Assembly: GCF_001194135.2 (NCBI RefSeq)
Contig: NC_069000.1
Span: 2,676,207-2,740,206, forward strand
Reading direction: 5' to 3'
DNA from: Octopus bimaculoides
Lineage: Eukaryota
Length of the DNA: 64,000 nt
Numbering within the stretch: position 1 is the stretch's first letter; each line of letters begins with the position of its first letter. Shown one piece after another: positions 54,918 through 64,000 of this stretch. Below the pieces are notes generated by a model. It did not search any database, had not been told where the DNA came from, and saw nothing but the letters and a program-made list of their open reading frames with translations. Position numbers and translations under genes: made by a program.

Positions 54918-55128
54918 AGGCGCCGAGGAGGCAGAATCGTTAGCATGCCGAGAAAAATGATAAACGGCATTTTGTTACGTTCTGAGTTCAAATTCAGCTA
55001 AGTTTCTCATTAATTTTCATCCTTTCGTCGTCAATAAAATAAATGCCAGTTGAGCACAGAGGTCGGTGAAATCGACTTAAGTCCTCGCTCGAATTTGCTG
55101 ACCTTGTGCGAAATTTGAAGCCGATATT
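54918..55128 (+). mobile_element. tRNA-derived SINE family A
   Basis: ggcagaatcgttagcatgccg head, gttctgagttcaaattc B box, tail ccttgtgcgaaatttgaag. Confidence 0.85.
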
Positions 55129-55924
55129 AAGGAGATATGGTCGCTCTTTATTGTTAAGGAAGGGGTTGCACGGCAATTTACTCTTTGGTATTAATTTACA
55201 GCTGTCCAGTTGCGATGTACTCTTCGATCGAACAATAATGTGACCTGAATATATTACATATATTAACACCCAAACCAAACCTATTCAAACATATTGTATC
55301 GAGGAACATTTTACAGAGGTATCCATTCTTATTTTAAATTAGTTAGCTGTAAATTTTCCCTCGAATTTCTCTATTTCTAGGGGTTCATGCATCAACATGT
55401 AATTTTCTACATTGATAATTACTCGCCAAACATTTCATCTATTTATAACGACCAGCATTGCTAAAAAAATTTTTCTCCAATTTTTTTAGTTCCAATAATA
55501 TTTCGAACAACAAGGTATTAAAGGAATTCTTCATGAAAAACGACTATCAGGCATATAGTTATTTTTATTCAAATGATTTTGTAACTTCAAGTTATTTCAG
55601 CTCTAAAAGATATATATTAAACAAATACTCAGTAGTCATTCAAAACGTTACACTAATCACAAACCTGATTTGGGATCAGTTTCGATTATGTATGACAATA
55701 ATATATGCATTTCATATTTGTAAATATATTTACTTTTTTTAAACAACTATATGTCTTTGTGTATGTATATATATGAACATATGCATAAATTTATATGCAA
55801 ATTTTCGTGCATATTTGTTCGTATATTTAGCTATGAGAGCCTTTGTCTCAGTAAAGCAAAATTTAGAAAAGCTATCCATAGTTAAATATATGAAAAAAAA
55901 AAAAAAAAGATCCGGTTCACTTAC

Positions 55925-56122
55925 TTGTGACAATTACGTTAATAAAGTATTGCTTCTTCTGTTTAGGCAATTGACATTCGTAGGTGGCTTCATCCTCCAA
56001 TGTGACATTTTCAATTTGAATAGACAAATCTTCCAATATTGAAATGCGATCGGAACCTTGGAAAACTTTTTTGTCAAACGACAGTATAAGACTGCCTTTC
56101 TTCCAAAAGATATTTGCGCCAC
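55925..56122 (-). CDS. Ig-superfamily gene, exon completing Ig1 (GANIFWKKG...EDEATYECQLP...INVIVT)
   Basis: Acceptor tttttttcag and donor gtaagt. 198 nt, phase 1-1. Contains the Ig C-strand Trp and a D-x-A-x-Y-x-C motif; lies within ORF 55917..56150. Confidence 0.93.
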
Positions 56123-56446
56123 CTGAAAAAAACAAAAGAAAAAGTAGCACGTTGTTATATAATAATTATAGATGACTTGAGATGATTTTAAAGAGATCAA
56201 ATTGTAAGTGGTTTCAACAAGAGCAAAAAAGCAATGTGATATTATTTCAAATACGAGGAAAAAAGGCTGTGCTTTGCATTAGGGAAAAAGCCAGCAAGTT
56301 TCCGAATGGGGGCAGAATACAGAAAATAGAAATCTTCGATGTTGCACACATAGGATGTACTTTTAATATAATAAAAAAAAAATGAAATAGAGGACGAAAA
56401 CGAACACGTAATCAAAGATTGCAGGGAAGGGGTAGCGCGCAATATC

Positions 56447-56480
<34 letters not shown>

Positions 56481-56481
56481 C

Positions 56482-56610
56482 GACAAATGTAGAATGTGTG
56501 GTGAGAGGAGCAAATCCGTATGGCACATCGTTAGCGAATGTCCGAAATTGGCACAATGCGAATACAAAAGACGCCATGAGAATGTGGCGAGAATGATCCA
56601 TTGGTTAGTT
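56482..56610 (+). mobile_element. R4/Dong-like LINE fragment, CCHC zinc-knuckle region
   Basis: Reads DKCRMCGERSKSVWHIVSECPKLAQCEYKRRHENVARMIHWLV directly after (TAA)n. Confidence 0.88.
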
Positions 56611-56792
56611 CTCGTGTGATCTCTTCTACCTCCACTTATATCTTCCACTTTCTTCTCCTAAGAGCATTAGCTTGATCGACTTTTCTATGCTCAGTCACTT
56701 TAAACATACTAACTCTCTACCCAAATTGTCAACATTCGTTTTCTATAGCCTCTTCTTTTAGGTTCATTGTTATTTCTAGTATGGTCCACTTT
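56611..56792 (-). mobile_element. R4/Dong-like LINE fragment, N-terminal region
   Basis: Minus strand, with frameshifts, reads KWT...EPKRRGYRKRMLTIW...MFKVTEHRKVDQANALRRRKW..VEVEEI, an N-terminal motif I associate with this LINE clade. Confidence 0.65.
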
Positions 56793-57620
56793 ATTATTAT
56801 TATTGAGTGAGAGAGCAATGCGTGCACTCAAATTGACACTAGGGTACAAATATACGAAACCCAATAAACCCATCATGAATAGAGACCATCATCGGGTCTC
56901 ATTTTATTATTCTTTCTATTGATTTCTACAGTAATGTTGCTATTACTCATATTGTTTTTATTTTCTTGGCTCCAGATCAGAAATGATACAATAGAACTGA
57001 CTAAAGAGTTTACTGCTTTACCAAAACCATCTTTAAAATATGTAACATTTTAAAGAGAGTATGGAAGGCATTGGGAAGAGTCTCTCTGGTATTTTTAGCA
57101 AGTTGACCGAATATACAGAAGCACTGATTGCCAATCCTATTGAATAATGTTTTTCCATTCGTGCCCATCATTTCTTGTTTTTAAGAAAGGATAATGTATC
57201 TTCAAAACTACACATCCAAATGTATCTATTTAAAATCAGATTTGAGAAAGATTTGACTACTAGTTCTAACAAGACAACTTCCGCAGTATGTCGCTCTGAG
57301 ACATGTTCTTGAGTATACATATTTTCGGAACACGATTTTAAAATAATTACTTCAAACTAATTTTAAAATAATTGGTTTAACTAAAGAAATTAACATATAA
57401 TACATCGTGATTAATTAACTGAATTAATACAACACTGTACATATTGACGAATCGCAGCACTAGATTAAAATAATTGCATTTGCTTGCATGTGTATGTTTT
57501 TGGGAATATGCTAAACTGTGTGTGCTTTAATTGCGTTTCATCTATTAATATCATCTATTCACAGAGTGATCAATTGATTCATATGCACATAAACATAAAT
57601 TCATACACTCATATCTACTA

Positions 57621-57787
57621 ATCTATCTATCTATCGATTCATCTATCTATCTACCTACCTATGTATCTATCTATTTATCTATCTACCTACCTATATATCT
57701 ATCTATTTATCTATCTACCTACGTATGTATGTATGTATGTATGCATGTATCTATCTAACCATCTATATATCTATCTATCTACCTATG

Positions 57788-57829
<42 letters not shown>

Positions 57830-57925
57830 CCGACCTATGTATCTATCTATTTATCTATCTACCTATGTATGCATGTTTGTATGTATGTATGTATGTATCA
57901 ATCTATCTATCTATCCATCTATCTC
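57621..57925. repeat. Compound (CTAT)n/(GTAT)n tetranucleotide microsatellite
   Basis: Directly visible. Confidence 0.95.
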
Positions 57926-58879
57926 GGTATGTGTGAGTTTTTTATTACTATTTATTGGTTCATTTTGTGAATATTTTAAACATGGCCTTGAAAGAGAAAA
58001 CTATGTATTTTGCCGCTGGCCAGTTTATTTCATAGTAAAAATTAAAAAAATATATATTTCATTCCTATTTTAAAACGATTTGGTTTTATTTCTTTACATA
58101 TTTCTTTTAATTCTTTGCGCAGTAGTTGGCTTCTATCCAAGATTTAATTTTCTTTCACGTATTGGTGCTTCTTATACACCCATGTTCCTACGTTCCTTTT
58201 GTTATTTTCCAGACATTTAATTTGCATCGGTTAATAATAATCTTGCAGACACTCACACCTAATACAGACATTCTTAGCGCAACAATACTACATACGAGGC
58301 TTCTACGAACATTTTGTAATTATATTCCGTCTTACTTCTGTAGGCAGGAGGCAGAGATGAAGTAAACAATATGTAAAAGCTAGCTGCTATGTAATTATCC
58401 TAACATTTATTGAACATTTTAGTTAGCTTAAAGTTCGATTTGCAAGTTTTCTTCTTTTCAGATACTTTATGAGTTTTCCATCTTATCTGGGTTTCTAAAC
58501 CACAATCAATGTTCAGTGCTCGGTTGATAATTTCTCTTATGTTAATTCCTAACTATAAAAGTAATCAGAACAGTTGAGCCGGATTTCAATACAGAATATT
58601 CACTTCAGATATCTATAATTGTTAGACGACTAATCTACAATTCATTGCTGAAATTATCAATATCTCCATTTTCACAGTTGTATATATTATGGAAGCATTA
58701 TGCGGTTCATAAGTTTTCTTTGCAATAATATGATTCTCGTGTTCGATCCCATTTCACGCCACCACGAGCAAACATACTGTAATTTTAAAACCACACCTGA
58801 ACAAATTTAAAGTTAGTGCATTACGCAATGAAGAAAATATATAGATTCATGCATGACGCACCTTATAACGATAGAGAAG

Positions 58880-59232
58880 GAAAAGTGTACCAAGGGGACA
58901 TATTTGTGGTGCAATCTCAGCAACGCTTCGCGCCTCAGGACCAGTTACTGCAACAGCCTGGGTTTCGGGGGCCTACAGCTTTTTTAATATTCTCCCAAAG
59001 AGACTGCGGAAACTGCACAAAGTAGATGTAGGCATTTTAAAATCAAAGCTGGACCACTACCTGTCGAGAGTTCCAGATGAACCTACCTCACGGCCAGAGG
59101 TGCTCATGAGGGTAGTTACATCAAACTCCATTCTTCACCAAGTGCCACACGTTGGAGGAGGTTCTCAATAATAACAGTGTAGCAAAACGGCGGTGCATCA
59201 ACATGGCCGCAGCTCTGAGATGAAACTACAGA
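58880..59232 (+). mobile_element. 3' fragment of the same CR1-group LINE family
   Basis: Frame reads SRLRTSYCNSLGFGGLQLFNILPKRLRKLHKVDVGILKSKLDHYLSRVPDEPT...SNSILHQ, homologous to the end of the 3920-4963 copy. Tail ggcggtgcatcaacatggccgcag. Confidence 0.85.
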
Positions 59233-59249
59233 CTATATATATATATATA

Positions 59250-59412
59250 TATATGCGACAAGAATCCACACAGTTTCCGTCTCGGAAATTCACGCAAAAG
59301 ACATTGGTTGACCAGATGCAATAGCAGATGGTACATGCGGAGGGTGCCTCTGAGAGGCGTGGAACCCAAAATAACATGCCTGCAAAGCAAGCCTTTTTAC
59401 TTAGAAGCAATG
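59250..59412 (-). mobile_element. Decayed 5' half of SINE family B
   Basis: cagtttccgtct..aaattcac..aaagacattggttgacc..gctatag-like body and ggaacc B-box remnant, similar to 38910-39070. Confidence 0.55.
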
Positions 59413-61270
59413 AATGTTAATTAGAAATTCTGTCTACTGCTGTTTCAGAGAATGATCTCTCCAACTGATAGATTACCCATTCGTCCTTTGTTACAGACTC
59501 TTGTTGGTCAGTAACTGCGTGTTGAATTGTATACGAATATGTTTATACAAATGTTTATGACTTCTCCCTTCATATGGCGTGTGCCAGAGCTGCGATAGTT
59601 CGATATTGATAAATATGTACCTTGCGGAAAGAGACACATATATCGATATGCATAAGGAAAATCCTTTGACGCCTTTGTCACAGTTGTGACTGTAGTCCAA
59701 TATTTGAAACTATTGAAAGAAAGGGAGATAAAACAGGTAAGTTTCTGACACTTTGTCCTTTAATTGTGGAAAAAGAACATCCAGTATTACACTTGGTCAT
59801 GACTTCTTCCAGGCTGTTGTTAGATAAAGAATATAATTTATCTTCAGATCAAACAACACGCAAGAATGCATGCTGAAATGATATCTCCATTAAAGTTATA
59901 CTCAGCTTAGGTATTTGTGCAAAATACGGTAACGGTTTATATCTACGACCAAAGAACATAACGGGAAATGCACACTACGGAAAGCTTCGATGCACTTTCT
60001 GTCCTCCAGCTTTCACTTATAAAACAACAGTCAAGCGGAAGCAGTGATGAAGGAAATCCATGGCCCAAGGTGCCTTGCAGCCGTGAAGCGAGCTTCCGAA
60101 GCACGAAAACAATCTGCACTCTCTCCACTGTGGAGAATCAACAGACATTATTTTTTCTAAGAGTAAACATGAATATCAAATTAAAGAAAATTTGATTACA
60201 TAAACTAATTAAAAAAAAAAGAGAAATCTTTATTTTTCAATTAGTTTCCTTTTGTTATTTATGTGCAACAATAAGAGAATAATATTATCAGTTTTCTGAA
60301 TTTTATATTCGCTCAAGACAGATTTAAAATAAAACATTGACAGTAAATCTATCGAAATATATAACTTAAGATTTAGAAAATTTCATATATAAAATATTTT
60401 TTTAATAATTGATAAATCTAGCGAAATAAAAACGAAAATTAATTCTTCCGAGACTATTAATGAAATGTAATGCCTCTGTATCAATTTATGATAGATGTCT
60501 GAATGTTAGTAAATGTCAAGATGCAAGTCTTCATAAAAGTAATCGCTATGACATATTACCAACCTTCAAAAATAACGCGAAACAACAGTTATGACTTCAG
60601 CCAACATGATGGTATCTTTGTGGTCGTTCTTCCTGCTAGAAATAGCATCTAAATCTATCTCTAATTAAGCGTGGCTGTATTTAATATGAAATATTCAAAA
60701 ATATGATTTTAGATACATTATATATAGTGAAAGGTTAATCACGTGTAGATGCCTTGCATCAATGCTCTGTGGAATGAATGTCAAGAAATAGTTTTACACA
60801 CAATCGCTGTTGTGTGTATCCGTCAACATATCGCTCTGTGCCTAAATCTATGTCTGCTAGCATTTCAAGAAATGGCTGTATCCTACGGGCCGACAAATTT
60901 TTCAATTATGTGGCCATGCGGGTAGTTGTTTCTGTCAAGTAGTAATAAAGAAAACTCATATACACTCACGCTTTGAATTCTATTTCTCTGTTTGTACCCA
61001 TCGATTTCTGTCTCTCTCTCTATCTATCTTTCGAGAGAACGCGAAATTATTATTATTCTTGATCATTGGCTCTCGAAGAACATAAATCGATAAAAAATAT
61101 ATAACATGAAAATATTGTGTGCAAAAATTTTTGTCCATCGCAGACGTTTATCAACCCAATATTTATATCCTCTAATTTATTTTACATTTATGCGTTATGA
61201 TAACTACTGCTCCACAAGGCATATATGTAAGTGTATACAGTTATAAACAAAAGCCTGTATGTGTACTTAC

Positions 61271-61342
61271 GGGGGTTTTCGTTTCCGCATGTCAATTTTA
61301 GGGTGTCTTCCTTCTGTACAGTTACCTTTACTTCATCTTCAG
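61271..61342 (-). CDS. Ig-superfamily adhesion gene, exon encoding the N-terminal part of Ig1 (xEDEVKVTVQKEDTLKLTCGNENP)
   Basis: Acceptor ttttttttcgctacag and donor gtaagt. 72 nt, phase 1-1, no stop. Supplies the B-strand Cys (LKLTC) that the next exon lacks and splices in frame to give ...CGNENP-R-GANIFWKKG. Not in the ORF track; read manually. Confidence 0.88.
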
Positions 61343-61685
61343 CTGTAGCGAAAAAAAAATGAAAAATTAGTTCTAATGAATAATATTATAATATACATAA
61401 AATATATATGTGAGTGTGCGCGCGCGTGTGTTCGAGAGTCTCTCTACTAATGGAGTTCACATGACCATATGTATTTCGAAGGTCGCAGCCAGTTTCTCAA
61501 ACATAATTAGATACAAAAGCCCCCAATCGTTAATTTCACTTCTGTCAACTTTTCCTTGAAGAAGCTATCTATCCGAAACGTTGAGTTGTCCACATTTTAA
61601 GGCATTGTATTTCTAGTCTTTCCAGAGATGTTTCTGAACATTACAAATCTTGCCGTTTTGTTGCACCATACCAGTCTCTTTGATC

Positions 61686-61714
61686 TCTGCTTTAACCTCT
61701 CTCTCTCTCTCTCT

Positions 61715-61792
<78 letters not shown>

Positions 61793-61840
61793 CACACACA
61801 CACACACACACACACACATGCACACACGCACACACACACA
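61686..61840. repeat. (CT)n-(CA)n compound dinucleotide microsatellite, representative of dozens of (AT)n, (AC)n and (AG)n tracts in the window
   Basis: Directly visible. Confidence 0.95.
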
Positions 61841-63363
61841 TTTTTACTATCGTAACCACAAACGTGATGGTAGGATCTATTTCTTCTGGCTCCGAATATA
61901 ATCGACACATTTTAGTCGAGTCTCATTTTATAATCTCAGACCCAAAGTGTAATTCATTCGTTGAAACAAAACAGAATTCAGTGAGCGATACACACGCAAT
62001 TATTTTTTTTTCCTTTATATTTTCATTGACTTTTTATCTTTTGACGTTAACAAAAGCGTGACTAATTCTCACAAAGACTTCGAAGAAACGAAGCCTAAAG
62101 CAATAATATCTGTTATATAATCTTAATTGTTTCTGTTTCTCTTATTTCCTTTATTTGTTATCTTTCATCTGTTATATATTACACAATATAGAGAGTGGTC
62201 GCTTGACTAGATGGTCGGTCTGTCGGTTGGTTGGTTTGTTATTGCTGTCGTAATACTATTATTCGGTTTATATTAAAACACTTTCGTTTTCTTTAGAATG
62301 ATTCTTACAGATGTGATGATATACAATATATTAACCAAACAAATGCTAGCATTTCTCATTGACACAATTGAGAATGAAATAGCGAAAATTCTGAATTGAT
62401 ATAATGAAGAAAACCTATATTGCTCAACGAAAGCCGAACTCTAATTAACGTTTTAATTAACGTTTGTATAATCAAATTGCTTTCTATAGACTCAGGCAAG
62501 ACTATGTTGTTAAAAGATTTGCTACGTAAACACGTGGTTAGTGCAAGCCATGAAGAGATACAATATTCTGCTGCAAGTGAGGATAATGTAATGTTCAATT
62601 CAAGATATCTAATACAAAACGGCGACCGTTTTGACTTGGAGCAAATTTCAGTTATAATAATAATACTAATATTAATAATAATGATATGGTATAGATGCAT
62701 GTCTACCATGATAAATGCATACATGAATGCACACACACATACATACATGCATAAATGCATGTATAGAATATGAGGGGTTTGGTTCAGTGTCGATCTAAAC
62801 GAATAAGTACGCAGAGTAAGTGCTACAATTGGCCATCAGTTAGGTTCTGAGTTTGGAGCTAGGAACCCGCATTAGGCCTCCGAGTTAGCAAGTATATATA
62901 CAGGAAGCATTCAATATGAGCCGGACATATTCTATTTCTTCACCAAAATCCTTCACGGCTGTGCAATAGAATGGTTGTTCTCCGTTGTCTAACGCAAATA
63001 AAAGAACATCTTTTATATAAACACACACACACACACACATCCAAACGCACACCCGCATTTCCAATACAACGCATATGCGTCGCGCTTCTTTGATAACAGA
63101 GTTCTTGTTTTGTATTATTAATCGTCAAATATATCTGTGTTGCAAGCCTATGAAATAAAGATGCGCCTACTTGCAGCATCTACATATGTGACACTGAAAT
63201 TTCATTTTTGTTGTAACCGTGTAATTATGTACACGAGTGTAATCTAAAACTGCATTGCGAGTTAGATGCATGGCGCAATGAAGGGAGAAATGATGAAAAA
63301 GACAAGGGAATACATATCTATCTACCTATCAATTTATTCATCTATATNNNNNNNNNNNNNNNN

Positions 63364-63423
<60 letters not shown>

Positions 63424-64000
63424 GATATGTATGAGAGAGAGAATGGGAGAGACTTTGTGTGGTGATATACTTACGACTGTTAGGAATACATTTATGGTAG
63501 CGTAAGGAGCACTGCATAAAGGCCTGCTTTATTGAGAAATAGTTGTAAAAAGAACGAAATAACATCTAACCATTATCATATAGAAACATATAATTGCATA
63601 CAAGACATATAACAGTAAGAGCGAAATTGAATTTTGCTATGAACGTATATAGCGAGATTCCTTGAATAAATCGTACGTTCATGGTTAGGAAAGGTTCAAT
63701 ACAAATACAATTTAACTACGGCAAAATAGCATATTACCAACCTCATATATCTATACTTTTCACATTTTCCCTGGTTATTCGATAATAGTCATGTAGGTCA
63801 TGGCATGGAATTGTCTTGTTTAGAACAGTTATATTAATGCATAGGTGTTGTAATCTTAGAGAATTTAATGGATGTTCTTTCTACCTTTTGTATATTTGTC
63901 TTTGTTCGCCAGAGGTTAGATATATAGAAAATTGTACAGTGGGCGACTAATAGCATACTCTCTTTGCCACTTCACACACACACAAACACACGCAAATACA

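Noticed and set aside
63338-63565. Signal-peptide exon candidate ending at the GTAAGT near 63470
   Set aside because: The phase-1 frame (MQCSLRYHKCIPNS) is not hydrophobic; the first exon is probably beyond the window.

Overview
AT-rich, microsatellite-saturated metazoan genomic DNA with about 12 N-gaps. The SINE/LINE repertoire suggests a coleoid cephalopod, probably Octopus (inference, not a database result). Almost every ORF in the supplied track is a microsatellite or N artefact. The real coding content is one intron-rich minus-strand gene, rebuilt by hand from GT-AG exons with matching phases: 61271-61342, 55925-56122, 53706-53827, 48323-48470, 41593-41880, 32263-32384, probably 10025-10084 and tentatively 2054-2100. 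It encodes a cell-surface protein with 3 Ig domains plus FN3 (Lachesin/klingon/wrapper-like layout). The signal-peptide exon and the second FN3-half exon were not found. Introns hold CR1-group and R4/Dong-like LINE fragments, several tRNA-derived SINEs and a mariner-type MITE. The most striking observation is two unrelated inverted-repeat elements (22-622 and 8547-8912) in which each arm carries a minimal type I hammerhead ribozyme motif of the Penelope-like kind. One of them also encloses a tRNA-derived Pol III head, so it looks like a hammerhead-bearing, Penelope-type SINE.
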